Part shown: piece after piece, positions 49,510-58,949 of the stretch | Layout: the number at the start of each line of letters is the position of its first letter | Position numbering within the stretch: position 1 is the first letter of the stretch | NCBI GenBank assembly: GCA_965364195.1 | Contig: CBDTVN010000001.1 | Location: forward strand, 721-64,720 | Reading direction: 5' to 3' | Origin: an uncultured Sulfitobacter sp. | Lineage (GTDB): Bacteria; Pseudomonadota; Alphaproteobacteria; Rhodobacterales; Rhodobacteraceae | DNA length: 64,000 nt | Program-made: the position numbers and the translations under genes | The notes under the pieces: model-generated | The model's input: the letters and a program-made list of their open reading frames with translations, nothing else | Told to the model about the DNA's origin: nothing | The model's database searches: none

Positions 49510-49692
49510 ATGAAAAAATTCGTTCTTGCCGCTGCTTTGACAGTTGTTGCTTCTTCCGCGTTTGCTGGCTCCATTGCAGATCCGATCATCGAAGCACCAA
49601 TTATTGTTGAAGAAGCGACCAGCTCTTCTGCAGGCTACATTGTTCCAATCCTGCTTTTGGTTCTGGTTGCAGCAGCAGTTGCTACTGACTAA
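49510..49692 (+). CDS. Small (60 aa) secreted/membrane-anchored peptide
   Basis: GGAGG lies 8 nt upstream. It has a signal peptide MKKFVLAAALTVVASSAFAG, a short acidic/Ser linker, and a C-terminal hydrophobic helix YIVPILLLVLVAAAVATD. A strong terminator follows 25 nt downstream. Confidence 0.55.
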   Translation: MKKFVLAAALTVVASSAFAGSIADPIIEAPIIVEEATSSSAGYIVPILLLVLVAAAVATD

Positions 49693-49714
49693 ATTTCAGT
49701 CTCCGACTGAACTG

Positions 49715-49744
49715 AAAAAGGCGGCGCAATGCGCCGCCTTTTTT
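49715..49744. terminator. Bidirectional intrinsic terminator (small ORF / hemH)
   Basis: AAAAA-GGCGGCGC-AAT-GCGCCGCC-TTTTTT is a GC-rich hairpin flanked by A and T runs, lying between convergent genes. Confidence 0.8.
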
Positions 49745-49771
49745 GCGTCTATTGTTTTGTTCAAAAGAAGA

Positions 49772-50836
49772 TCAGATCCAGCCTGACAGGTTTTCGCGGA
49801 TTACGTTCGACAGCGCGGCAATATGCGCGTCATCATCGTTCAGACATGGAATATAGGTGAAATGCTCACCACCCGCCTCCTCGAAGCTTTCGAATATCTC
49901 TTCGTTGATTTCCTCAAGTGTTTCGATGCAGTCAGCAGAAAAAGCAGGTGCGCAAACGGCGATGTTCTTTTTACCCTGCTCAGCCAGACGCGCAACCTCC
50001 TCAACCGTATAGGGCTGTAGCCATTCTTCTGGCCCGAATTTTGACTGGAAGGTGGTTTTGATCTCGGTATCGCCCCACCCTAACCGCTCTTTGAGCAGGC
50101 GCGTCGTTTTTTGGCACTGACAGTGATAGGGATCGCCCTCCATTAAATACCGCTTCGGCACGCCGTGATAAGAGCAGACAAGAATATCGGGCCGCGTCTC
50201 AAGCTCGGCATATTTCGTCTCGATCGACTTGGCGAGCGCGTCGATATAGTCGGGGCGATCAAAATAGGGCTGTACGGTTCGGCTGGCGGGCTGCCACTTC
50301 TCTTTCCCCAGCGCCTCGAAAAACTTGTCACAGGCGGTAGCTGAAGTGGCACCAGCGTAGTGAGGGTAGAGCGGAAAGAAGAGGATTTTCGTACACCCTG
50401 CCTTCACCAGCTTCTCAACCTTGCTTTGCGTCGATGGATTTCCGTAGCGCATGCAATATTCGACCAAAACGTCGTCGCCGTAGGTCTTTTTCATCTCCGT
50501 CGCGATTTTCGCGGTCTGGGCTTTGGTGATGGTGAGTAGGGGGCTTTCGTTCTGCTCTTCGTTCCAGATCGACTTGTAGGCTGCACCTGAGGTGAAGGGC
50601 CGCTTGGTCAGAATCACAAGCTGCAACAAGGGCTGCCAAAGCCATGGGGAATAATCGATCACACGACGATCCGACAGGAACTCACCCAGATAACGGCGCA
50701 TGGACCAATAGTCGTAGTTGTCCGGCGTCCCGAGATTAGCAACCAGCACGCCAATCTTCGGGCGCGGCACCGGTGGATGATCCGCGTCTGCGTGGATGGG
50801 GCATGTTGCCGTCTCTGTGGGGCGCATATCTTTCAT
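49772..50836 (-). CDS. hemH: Ferrochelatase
   Basis: 354 aa with GVLVANLGTPD, YPHYAGATS, SYHGVP and the C-terminal FTYIPCLND. Confidence 0.9.
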   Translation of the reverse strand: MKDMRPTETATCPIHADADHPPVPRPKIGVLVANLGTPDNYDYWSMRRYLGEFLSDRRVIDYSPWLWQPLLQLVILTKRPFTSGAAYKSIWNEEQNESPLLTITKAQTAKIATEMKKTYGDDVLVEYCMRYGNPSTQSKVEKLVKAGCTKILFFPLYPHYAGATSATACDKFFEALGKEKWQPASRTVQPYFDRPDYIDALAKSIETKYAELETRPDILVCSYHGVPKRYLMEGDPYHCQCQKTTRLLKERLGWGDTEIKTTFQSKFGPEEWLQPYTVEEVARLAEQGKKNIAVCAPAFSADCIETLEEINEEIFESFEEAGGEHFTYIPCLNDDDAHIAALSNVIRENLSGWI

Positions 50837-50887
50837 CGGGTTGTCCTACATGGTGTGAGCCTTCACATAGTTGGATTTCACGCGGGG

Positions 50888-51700
50888 TCAATCGCACAGG
50901 GGCTTTTCAGGGGTACCGAGCGCGTCGCTCAGCCGCTGTTGTGCTGATCCGGGACGTAGGGGCTGCGGCTGGGAGGCATCTGGCGACCATCCTGTAAGGA
51001 CCTGCAGCTCAAAGCTCGCCTTCAACCTGCCTGAGGGTGCGGCAAAGTGTTCTGCGTAAAGGTTTTGTGCCTGCTGAAACACGGCGCGGCGCGTGGGGCG
51101 GCGCAATCGCGCACTCAGCGCATTGGTTTCACCCATTGCACGCAGGTCGCGCATAAGGTGCCAAATATCGCGATATTCCACAGTAAGCGTAGCGGTATCA
51201 GCGACGGGGAGGGCGAATCCCGCGCGCTGTAACAAGCTGCCCAAATCGCGCAATTCCGGCATTGGCGCGATACGCGGCGACAGCCCACCCGTCACAGCAA
51301 TCTCCGCCTCGCCCAGCGCACGGCGCAACTCTTGCAACGTATCCCCGCCAAAGCTGATCGCGATGAACAGCCCGTCGGGTTTAAGCGCGCGGCGGCATTG
51401 GATGAGTTGCCCTACCGGATCATTCGCCCAATGCAGGCCCATTACATGCGCGACCAGATCATGTGATTGTGGAACGAGGTCCAGTGTTTCCGTATCCGGG
51501 ACAATCTTTGCGTCAGGGTATGATGCCGACCAGAAATCCTCAAAGCCCGTAACAATCGCTGGCGCCGTAAAGGGTTTATTAACCATATCCAGACGATCTT
51601 GAAGTTCGTCCGCTGCGGCGGAATGTAGAAACAAACCATCCGGTGTGGCGCGTGCGCGATGTGCGCTAAGGGCGCGAATGTCTGTCATGGGTGTTGTCAT
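50888..51700 (-). CDS. Class I methyltransferase-like protein (NDUFAF5/BioC-like)
   Basis: About 270 aa. The post-motif region VAHVMGLHWANDPVGQLIQCRRALKPDGLFIA is typical of the fold, but the N-terminal GxGxG motif appears degenerate. The start could be 51700, 51688 or 51730. Confidence 0.55.
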   Translation of the reverse strand: MTTPMTDIRALSAHRARATPDGLFLHSAAADELQDRLDMVNKPFTAPAIVTGFEDFWSASYPDAKIVPDTETLDLVPQSHDLVAHVMGLHWANDPVGQLIQCRRALKPDGLFIAISFGGDTLQELRRALGEAEIAVTGGLSPRIAPMPELRDLGSLLQRAGFALPVADTATLTVEYRDIWHLMRDLRAMGETNALSARLRRPTRRAVFQQAQNLYAEHFAAPSGRLKASFELQVLTGWSPDASQPQPLRPGSAQQRLSDALGTPEKPLCD

Positions 51701-51718
51701 AGAAGGGGATATAGGCTG

Positions 51719-52447
51719 GTGCTTGCGCAACTACAAACAGCAGTGTCGCTGATCTATCCTCCCCGCTGCATCACCTGCGGCGATACGGTCGAGAGTGATT
51801 TCGGCCTTTGCGGGACGTGTTGGCGCGACACGGCGTTTCTAGGCGGTATGATTTGTGACTGCTGCGGCGCGCCGCTTCCGGCTGGAGGAGACGGTACAAA
51901 ACATCATTGTGATACTTGTATGCGAGCGCCAAAACCATGGGTGCAAGGCCGCGCGGCACTGATGTACCGCGATACGGGACGCAAGTTGGTGCTCGCCCTC
52001 AAACATGGTGACAGGCAGGAAATGGCCCGGCCTGCGGGCCTGTGGATGGCGAATATGATGCGCGGCCATGTGGCCAAAGATGCGATTGTGGTGCCTGTAC
52101 CTCTGCATTGGTCGCGGCTGCTCAAGCGTCGGTATAATCAGTCCGCATTACTGGCCAAAGTTGTCGCCGAAAAGCTGAACCTTGAGTGGTGTCCCGATGC
52201 GTTGGTGCGGGTACGGCGCACAGTGTCGCTTGACGGTCTGAGCCATGACGCGCGCTTCAAGACCCTTGATAATGCGATCCAGCCTCACCGCAAACGCGGG
52301 GGATTGCTCAAGCGGCGGCCTGTTCTCCTGATTGACGATGTGATGACCACGGGGGCCACTTTGATGGCATGCACGCGTGCTTGTATGGATGCCGAGTCTG
52401 GCCCCGTGCGCGTTCTGACCCTAGCAAGAGCGGGCAAAGACGCTTAA
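51719..52447 (+). CDS. comF: ComF family protein (double zinc ribbon plus phosphoribosyltransferase-like domain)
   Basis: YPPRCITCG...CGTCW...CDCCG..HHCDTC and the PRTase motif VLLIDDVMTTGATL. GTG 51719 was chosen to avoid overlap with the divergent gene, so the start is uncertain. Confidence 0.7.
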   Translation: MLAQLQTAVSLIYPPRCITCGDTVESDFGLCGTCWRDTAFLGGMICDCCGAPLPAGGDGTKHHCDTCMRAPKPWVQGRAALMYRDTGRKLVLALKHGDRQEMARPAGLWMANMMRGHVAKDAIVVPVPLHWSRLLKRRYNQSALLAKVVAEKLNLEWCPDALVRVRRTVSLDGLSHDARFKTLDNAIQPHRKRGGLLKRRPVLLIDDVMTTGATLMACTRACMDAESGPVRVLTLARAGKDA

Positions 52448-52483
52448 ATCCTTTTCCAACACCTGTTGAAAAGGATCACCAAT

Positions 52484-52741
52484 ATGCAACCTGTTGAAAT
52501 CTACACCTCTCCGCTCTGCGGTTTTTGCCATGCCGCCAAGCGTTTGCTGAGCCAAAAGGGCGTGAGCTTTTCCGAAGTGGATGTGCTCGCCAACCCTGAT
52601 CGCAAGCCGGAGATGATCCAGCGTGCAGATGGCGCGCGCACTGTTCCGCAGATTTTTGTGGGCGACATTCACGTTGGCGGCTGCGACGAGCTTCACGCGC
52701 TTGAACGTGCAGGCAAACTCGACGCGCTGTTGGCCGCATGA
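52484..52741 (+). CDS. grxC: Glutaredoxin 3
   Basis: 85 aa from ATG 52484 with VEIYTSPLCGFCHAAKRLL and TVPQIFVGDIHVGGCD. Confidence 0.9.
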   Translation: MQPVEIYTSPLCGFCHAAKRLLSQKGVSFSEVDVLANPDRKPEMIQRADGARTVPQIFVGDIHVGGCDELHALERAGKLDALLAA

Positions 52742-53571
52742 AGGCGGCGATCCTCCAGCTGAATGTGAGTGATGACCCGGCTGCCAATCTGACCGTGACA
52801 CGCGCGATGCTGGGGGATGCTGTATCGCAGGGGGCCGAATTTGTCCTCACGCCGGAGGTGACTAACTGCATCTCGACCAGTCGAGATCATCAGCGCAGCG
52901 TGTTGTGTCTTGAAGGCGATGATCCGACGCTGGCAGCTTTGCGGATGGATGCAAAGGCGCTAGGCATTTGGTTGTTGATTGGCTCGCTGGGCCTCAAGAC
53001 CGATGATGCGGACGGGCGGTTTGCCAATCGTTCCTTCCTGATCAATCCGCAGGGCGAAATCGCTGCCCGTTACGACAAAATCCATATGTTCGATGTGCAG
53101 GTCACGCCCACCGAGACATGGAAAGAATCAGCCGCCTATCGTCCGGGTGACCAGGCGATACTGGCGCGCACATCCTTCGCCAATATCGGCATGACCATCT
53201 GTTACGATGTCCGGTTTCCTGCGCTCTATCAGGCCTTGGCCGAAGCGGGTGCGCAAATTCTCACCGTGCCCGCCGCATTTTCGCCGGTCACAGGGGCCGC
53301 GCATTGGCATACATTGCTACGCGCCCGTGCGATTGAAACGGGTTGTTTTGTCATTGCGCCTGCGCAGACGGGTACGCATGCGAGTGCCGCGCATAAAACA
53401 CGCGATACCTATGGGCATTCTTTGGTTGTCGCCCCATGGGGGGAAGTGGTTCTGGACGCAGGGACAGATGCAGGGATATATATGTTTGAGTTGGACCTCG
53501 CACAGACCGAGACCGCCCGCGCGAAAGTCCCCAGCATGAGCCACAAGCGACCTTTCAACGGACCAGTATGA
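52738..53571 (+). CDS. Carbon-nitrogen hydrolase (nitrilase superfamily, Nit/omega-amidase-like)
   Basis: 277 aa with the E-K-C triad contexts LTPEVTN, YDKIHMFD and MTICYDVRFP. ATGA overlap with grxC. Confidence 0.85.
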   Translation: MKAAILQLNVSDDPAANLTVTRAMLGDAVSQGAEFVLTPEVTNCISTSRDHQRSVLCLEGDDPTLAALRMDAKALGIWLLIGSLGLKTDDADGRFANRSFLINPQGEIAARYDKIHMFDVQVTPTETWKESAAYRPGDQAILARTSFANIGMTICYDVRFPALYQALAEAGAQILTVPAAFSPVTGAAHWHTLLRARAIETGCFVIAPAQTGTHASAAHKTRDTYGHSLVVAPWGEVVLDAGTDAGIYMFELDLAQTETARAKVPSMSHKRPFNGPV

Positions 53572-54002
53572 GCGATGATTCACATACCCTTGCGATTATG
53601 CTGTTCAGTGAGGTTCTGGGCGCAGAGCAAATATTGCGCAGCCGTCTGAGCAAGGTGCTGCCCAAGGGCATGGAAATTTCGCATTTCGCTGTGCTGAACA
53701 ACCTCGCGTGGCGTGATATTGAGCGCTCTCCCGCGCAACTGGCCGAGATTTTCCATGTTACACGTGGTGCGATGACAAACACCCTGACCAAGCTGGAGTG
53801 GGCCGGATACATCCATATCCGCCCCGATTGGGACGATGCGCGGCGCAAGGTGGTGAGCATTAGCCCCGCAGGCCGTCAGGCCCGCGAAACTGCGTTGAGC
53901 AAGATCGCCCCGATGATCACCAAGGTGGTGGATGACCTTGGTGAAGAGAAAGCGCGGGCCGCCCTGCCGATTCTACGCGAGCTGCGCAAACAGATCGACT
54001 AG
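53568..54002 (+). CDS. MarR family transcriptional regulator
   Basis: 144 aa with a winged HTH ([45 protein letters not shown]). Confidence 0.75.
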   Translation: MSDDSHTLAIMLFSEVLGAEQILRSRLSKVLPKGMEISHFAVLNNLAWRDIERSPAQLAEIFHVTRGAMTNTLTKLEWAGYIHIRPDWDDARRKVVSISPAGRQARETALSKIAPMITKVVDDLGEEKARAALPILRELRKQID

Positions 54003-54748
54003 GTCTTTGGTTTAAGGCTTGTAGTGACGTAGTTCACGCTGAGATCCTTTGCCGACAGGCTCCAACTCCATAAGATCGGGTTGAAGACAAACCCTTTGCG
54101 GTCGACCGGCTCCAGCCCTGCTTCGCCCAAAAGTTTATACAGCTCGTCCGGCGTGATGAATTTTGACCATTCATGGGTGCCTTTTGGCAGCCAACGCATG
54201 ACATGCTCCGCACCGATGATCGCTACAACATAGGATTTTGCGTTGCGGTTGAGGGTGGAGCAAATGTGCAGCCCACCGGGTTTGAGCAACTGACGACAGG
54301 CGGTAAGATAGCTGATGGGGGAGGCCACATGCTCCACCACTTCCATGTTCAGCACGATATCGAATTGCTCACCCGCTTCGGCCAAGGCTTCTGCAGTGGT
54401 GTGGCGATAATCAATCTCGAGCCCCGACTGTTCAGCATGGATCTGGGCGACAGGGATGTTGCCCGCCGCAGCATCGGCGCCCACAACGGTAGCGCCCAGA
54501 CGCGCCATCGGCTCGGAGAGCAGGCCGCCACCACAACCGATATCAAGGATTCGCAACCCTTTGAACGGTGCGGGCGCAGTGAGGTCACGGTCAAATTCGC
54601 CCGCGATCTGGCTTGTGATGTAGTCAAGGCGGCAGGGGTTGAGCATGTGCAAGGGCTTGAACTTGCCCTCTGTATCCCACCACTCGGCGGCCATAGCTTC
54701 GAATTTTGCGACTTCGCCGTCGTCAACGGTGCTTTGATGCGCTTGCAT
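53999..54748 (-). CDS. ubiG: Ubiquinone biosynthesis O-methyltransferase
   Basis: 249 aa from ATG 54748 with [10 protein letters not shown], the SAM motif [13 protein letters not shown] and NMEVVEHV. Confidence 0.9.
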   Translation of the reverse strand: MQAHQSTVDDGEVAKFEAMAAEWWDTEGKFKPLHMLNPCRLDYITSQIAGEFDRDLTAPAPFKGLRILDIGCGGGLLSEPMARLGATVVGADAAAGNIPVAQIHAEQSGLEIDYRHTTAEALAEAGEQFDIVLNMEVVEHVASPISYLTACRQLLKPGGLHICSTLNRNAKSYVVAIIGAEHVMRWLPKGTHEWSKFITPDELYKLLGEAGLEPVDRKGFVFNPILWSWSLSAKDLSVNYVTTSLKPKT

Positions 54749-54797
54749 TTTGACGCTCCTGTATTCAATGTCTGCTTTCAAACTATATAGGCTGCTA

Positions 54798-55769
54798 ATG
54801 GATAAGACCCACGATCAAAAGCGCGCAGTGCAATATCTGCATCCGCCCATCGACCCGTTCGACCGGCGTATGCTGGCCGTGGGCCAAGGGCATGAGGTAT
54901 ATGTCGAGCAATGCGGCAACCCGAATGGTATCCCCGTTGTGGTATTGCACGGTGGACCTGGTGGCGGGTGTAGCCCGTCGATGCGGCGCTATTTTGACCC
55001 TGCCGTCTTTCGTGTGATTCTGTTTGACCAGCGTGGGTGCGGCCGTTCGACCCCGCATGCGTCCTGCACGGATAACACCACATGGCACCTTGTCGCTGAC
55101 ATTGAGCTGATTCGCGAAACGCTGGGAATTGCACAGTGGGTTGTGTTTGGCGGCAGCTGGGGTGCGACACTTTCGCTGATCTATGCCCAAACCCATCCGG
55201 CCGCTGTGCGCAATCTGGTTTTGCGCGGTGTGTTCTTGATGACCCAAATAGAGCTTGATTGGTTTTATGGCGGTGGTGCTGGTAAGTTCTGGCCTGAGGT
55301 TTGGGACAAGTTTACAGCGCTTGTCCCCGAGAACGAGCGTGACGACTATATCAAAGCCTATCATCGCCGTCTGTTCTCTGACGATATGTCCCAACAGACG
55401 CGCTTCGCCCGCGCATGGTCCGGCTGGGAAAACGCTCTGGCCTCTATTTCTTCGACAGGCCAGATGATGGAAGGGCCGGGCGAATATGCGCGGGCGTTTG
55501 CACGGCTTGAGAATCACTATTTCATCAACAACGGTTTTCTGGAGTACGATGGTCAAATCCTCGCCCAGATGGATCGTATCGCCCATATTCCTGGTGTCAT
55601 CGTACAGGGGCGCTATGACATGATCTGTCCACCTGTCAGCGCGTATTCCATCGCTAAAGCATGGCCGAAAGCCGAGCTGAAGATGGTACGTAATGCAGGT
55701 CACGCATTGTCTGAGCCGGGGATCAGCGCGGAGTTGGTTCGCGCTATGGACCGGATTGCAATTACATGA
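54798..55769 (+). CDS. pip: Prolyl aminopeptidase (proline iminopeptidase)
   Basis: 323 aa from ATG 54798 with [20 protein letters not shown] and the nucleophile elbow GGSWGATL. Confidence 0.9.
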   Translation: MDKTHDQKRAVQYLHPPIDPFDRRMLAVGQGHEVYVEQCGNPNGIPVVVLHGGPGGGCSPSMRRYFDPAVFRVILFDQRGCGRSTPHASCTDNTTWHLVADIELIRETLGIAQWVVFGGSWGATLSLIYAQTHPAAVRNLVLRGVFLMTQIELDWFYGGGAGKFWPEVWDKFTALVPENERDDYIKAYHRRLFSDDMSQQTRFARAWSGWENALASISSTGQMMEGPGEYARAFARLENHYFINNGFLEYDGQILAQMDRIAHIPGVIVQGRYDMICPPVSAYSIAKAWPKAELKMVRNAGHALSEPGISAELVRAMDRIAIT

Positions 55770-56596
55770 GCCGCAAACCCCTTGATCGTCGCGCGCTGTT
55801 TTCCAGCGCTGCCGCTGCTGCCCTGCTTGCAGCAACGGGCGTGAGTGCGGGGCCATTGCCGCAGCGCGGTGGTAAGCTGCGCCTTGCGCTGTCAGGCGCG
55901 GCGCGGAGTGATGATTGGGAAAACGGTGAGGGGCTGTTCATGCAGGTTGCGCGCCTTGGGCTTGTGTTTGAAACACTGACTGAAGTGGCGGCGGACGGGA
56001 CATTGCGCGGGGAGCTGGCAACAGCGTGGAGCAGCTCTGCCGATGCGCGCGTCTGGGTCTTTGATCTGCGCAATAGTGTGACCTTTCACGATGGTGCGCC
56101 GCTTACTGCCGTCGATGTGGTGCACAGCCTTTCTGCGCTGGGAGACGTTCGTGCGCTTGGCCGAAATCGTGTCGAGATCACTCTTGCTGAGCCCGATCCT
56201 GCGTTTCCGTTCACGCTGAGCAATGCTGCGAATATCATCCGCCCTGCGCATAATTCCGGCGCGGGAACCGGCACCGGTCTCTACCGGGTGCGCCATTTCG
56301 CGGCAGGTCAGCAGCTTTTGGCAGAGCGTGTACCGACCCATTGGAAAGACGGACAGGCGGGATGGTTTGATGCAGTCGAGCTTGTCTCGATCCCGTCTGA
56401 TGTTGTGCGCGCACAGGCTGTCGCCGAATATCTGGTGGATGGTGCCGACATTGCCGATGCTGCCACGCTAACCGGTTTTGATGATATCGCCGTTTGGGAT
56501 GGTCAGGCCGTTGCGCGCAGTGTGGCGATGCCCATGACACTGGGGCGCGGCGTGTTTGACGATCTACGCGCGCCGCAACGGTGGTGGGGGGCTTGA
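55766..56596 (+). CDS. Family-5 (peptide/nickel type) ABC substrate-binding protein homologue, about half normal length
   Basis: 276 aa with a Tat-like signal RRALFSSAAAAALLAATGVSA. The N-terminal SBP_bac_5-like region is GGKLRLAL...LVFETLTEVAADGTLRGELATAW...VTFHDGAPLTAVDVVHSL. No cognate permease or ATPase genes are adjacent. Confidence 0.5.
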   Translation: MSRKPLDRRALFSSAAAAALLAATGVSAGPLPQRGGKLRLALSGAARSDDWENGEGLFMQVARLGLVFETLTEVAADGTLRGELATAWSSSADARVWVFDLRNSVTFHDGAPLTAVDVVHSLSALGDVRALGRNRVEITLAEPDPAFPFTLSNAANIIRPAHNSGAGTGTGLYRVRHFAAGQQLLAERVPTHWKDGQAGWFDAVELVSIPSDVVRAQAVAEYLVDGADIADAATLTGFDDIAVWDGQAVARSVAMPMTLGRGVFDDLRAPQRWWGA

Positions 56597-56675
56597 TGTT
56601 CTGCTGCACCGCGCGTATATGAATTTCAACAGCGCGTCGCTCGGGTCCAAACCAAGCGCCCACCGAACCTGATAC

Positions 56676-56698
56676 ACGGGCCGCGCGCCCGTTTTTTT
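56676..56698 (+). terminator. Intrinsic terminator upstream of rimP
   Basis: ACGGGC-CGCGC-GCCCGT followed by TTTTTTT. Confidence 0.65.
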
Positions 56699-56733
56699 GT
56701 GCCTAAAGTAAATGCCTGAACCTAAGTGAGAAT

Positions 56734-57312
56734 ATGAACAACGATCTGATCGCAAAAGCAGCTATGGACCGGCGTCTCGCCGAGATCATCACACCTGTCA
56801 TCGAGGATATGGGGTATGAGCTGGTGCGCGTCCGTTTGATGAGCGGGAAAACCTCGACTTTGCAGATCATGGCGGACAAGCCTGATGGCGGTATCGAAGT
56901 TGACGATCTCGCGCAGATTAGCACTGCTGTTGGTGCTGTTCTGGATGTAGAGGATCCAATCATTGACGAATACGCGCTTGAAGTTTCCAGCCCGGGCATC
57001 GACCGCCCGCTGACGCGCCTCAAGGATTTCGCGAATTTCGAAGGCTATGAGGCCAAGATCGAAACCGATGATCTGATCGACGGGCGCCGCCGTTTTAAGG
57101 GTGAGCTGGCAGGCGTTGAAGGTAACGAAGTACTGATCAACATCGAAGAAGGCACCGTGGGCCTTCAGTTCGAATGGCTGACAGATGCCAAGCTGGTTCT
57201 GACAGACGAGCTGATCAAAGAAATGCTACGCCAACGCAAAGCGTCTGGTGTAATTGACGAGACTCAATTCGATGAAGTTCAGACGCACTTGTCTGACGAG
57301 GGAGAAAAATAA
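56734..57312 (+). CDS. rimP: Ribosome maturation factor RimP
   Basis: 192 aa ([12 protein letters not shown]). It is the first gene of the rimP-nusA-infB operon. Confidence 0.9.
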   Translation: MNNDLIAKAAMDRRLAEIITPVIEDMGYELVRVRLMSGKTSTLQIMADKPDGGIEVDDLAQISTAVGAVLDVEDPIIDEYALEVSSPGIDRPLTRLKDFANFEGYEAKIETDDLIDGRRRFKGELAGVEGNEVLINIEEGTVGLQFEWLTDAKLVLTDELIKEMLRQRKASGVIDETQFDEVQTHLSDEGEK

Positions 57313-58925
57313 TGGCCATTACATCCGCAAACCAGCTTGAGCTTTTGCAAACTGCCGAAGCTGTAGCACGTGAAAAGATGATCGATCCCGTACTGGTGAT
57401 CGAAGCGATGGAAGAGTCCCTCGCTCGGGCGGCCAAATCGCGTTATGGCGCGGAGATGGACATTCGCGTGGCGATTGACCGTAAGACGGGTCGCGCGACC
57501 TTTACGCGTGTGCGGACAGTTGTGGCGGATGAAGAGCTTGAGAACTATCAGGCTGAATTCACAGTGGTCCAAGCGAAAGAATATATGGCCGATCCTGAAG
57601 TGGGTCAGGAGTTTGTTGAAGAAGTCCCGCCGGTAGAGATGGGCCGGATTGCGGCACAGTCGGCCAAGCAGGTCATCTTGCAAAAGATCCGCGAAGCAGA
57701 GCGTGATCGCCAGTTCGAGGAATTCAAAGACCGTGCAGGCACGATCATCAACGGTTTGGTCAAGCGTGAAGAGTACGGCAACGTCATCGTTGATGTGGGT
57801 GCCGGTGAAGCGATCCTGCGCCGCAACGAGAAAATTGGCCGCGAATCGTACCGTCCGAACGACCGTATCCGCGTCTACATCAAGGAAGTGCGCCGCGAGC
57901 AGCGCGGCCCACAGATTTTCCTGTCGCGTACCGCACCAGAATTCATGGCCGAGCTCTTCAAAATGGAAGTGCCGGAAATTTATGACGGGATCATCGAGAT
58001 CAAAGCTGTTGCCCGTGACCCCGGTTCACGCGCCAAGATTGCCGTGATCTCCTATGACAACTCTATCGACCCTGTCGGTGCTTGCGTTGGTATGCGCGGT
58101 AGCCGTGTTCAGGCTGTTGTGAACGAGCTTCAGGGTGAAAAAATCGACATCATCCCATGGAATGACGATCAGCCGACGTTCCTCGTGAATGCGCTCCAGC
58201 CTGCTGAAGTGTCCAAGGTTGTTCTAGACGAAGAAGCTGGCAAGATCGAAGTTGTTGTACCGGAAGAGCAGCTGTCCCTGGCGATTGGTCGTCGTGGCCA
58301 GAACGTGCGCCTTGCGTCGCAGCTGACGGGTCTCGATATTGATATCATGACCGAAGAGCAGGAAAGCCAGCGCCGTCAGGCAGAGTTTGAACTGCGTACA
58401 AAGCTGTTTATGGATAACCTTGATCTGGACGAGTTCTTTGCCCAGTTGTTGGTGTCCGAAGGGTTCACCAACCTTGAAGAAGTGGCCTATGTCGAAGTTG
58501 ACGAACTGCTGGTCATCGACGGCGTGGACGAGGCGACAGCGGGCGAATTGCAGGCCCGTGCGCGTGATGTGCTTGAGGCACAAAACACCGCAGCTCTTGA
58601 GGCCGCTCGTGCGCTGGGCGCTGAGGACAGCTTGATCAACTTTGAAGGCCTGACGCCACAAATGGTCGAAGCTCTTGCCAAGGATGATGTGAAAACTCTC
58701 GAAGATTTCGCCACTTGTGCGGATTGGGAACTGGCCGGTGGCTGGACCACGGAGAACGGGGAGCGGGTCAAGGATGACGGCACGCTTGAGCCCTTCGAGA
58801 TGACACTCGAAGAAGCGCAAACCATGATCATGACGGCCCGTGTTATGCTGGGTTGGGTTGATCCTGCTGATCTTGAAGCTGACGCCGAAGACGACGTCGA
58901 AGCAGACGAGGAGGCCGAGGCCTGA
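57312..58925 (+). CDS. nusA: Transcription termination/antitermination factor NusA
   Basis: 537 aa with S1 and KH domains (PVGACVGMRGSRVQAV, LSLAIGRRGQNVRLASQLTG) and an acidic C-terminal repeat region. Confidence 0.95.
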   Translation: MAITSANQLELLQTAEAVAREKMIDPVLVIEAMEESLARAAKSRYGAEMDIRVAIDRKTGRATFTRVRTVVADEELENYQAEFTVVQAKEYMADPEVGQEFVEEVPPVEMGRIAAQSAKQVILQKIREAERDRQFEEFKDRAGTIINGLVKREEYGNVIVDVGAGEAILRRNEKIGRESYRPNDRIRVYIKEVRREQRGPQIFLSRTAPEFMAELFKMEVPEIYDGIIEIKAVARDPGSRAKIAVISYDNSIDPVGACVGMRGSRVQAVVNELQGEKIDIIPWNDDQPTFLVNALQPAEVSKVVLDEEAGKIEVVVPEEQLSLAIGRRGQNVRLASQLTGLDIDIMTEEQESQRRQAEFELRTKLFMDNLDLDEFFAQLLVSEGFTNLEEVAYVEVDELLVIDGVDEATAGELQARARDVLEAQNTAALEAARALGAEDSLINFEGLTPQMVEALAKDDVKTLEDFATCADWELAGGWTTENGERVKDDGTLEPFEMTLEEAQTMIMTARVMLGWVDPADLEADAEDDVEADEEAEA

Positions 58926-58949
58926 TCGTAGGCCTCGGGTAGGACCAGT

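Noticed and set aside
54795-55856. 353-aa minus-strand ORF
   Set aside because: It is fully antisense to proline iminopeptidase, which has a clear GxSxG alpha/beta-hydrolase signature. It is a typical GC-rich shadow ORF with no recognisable domain.
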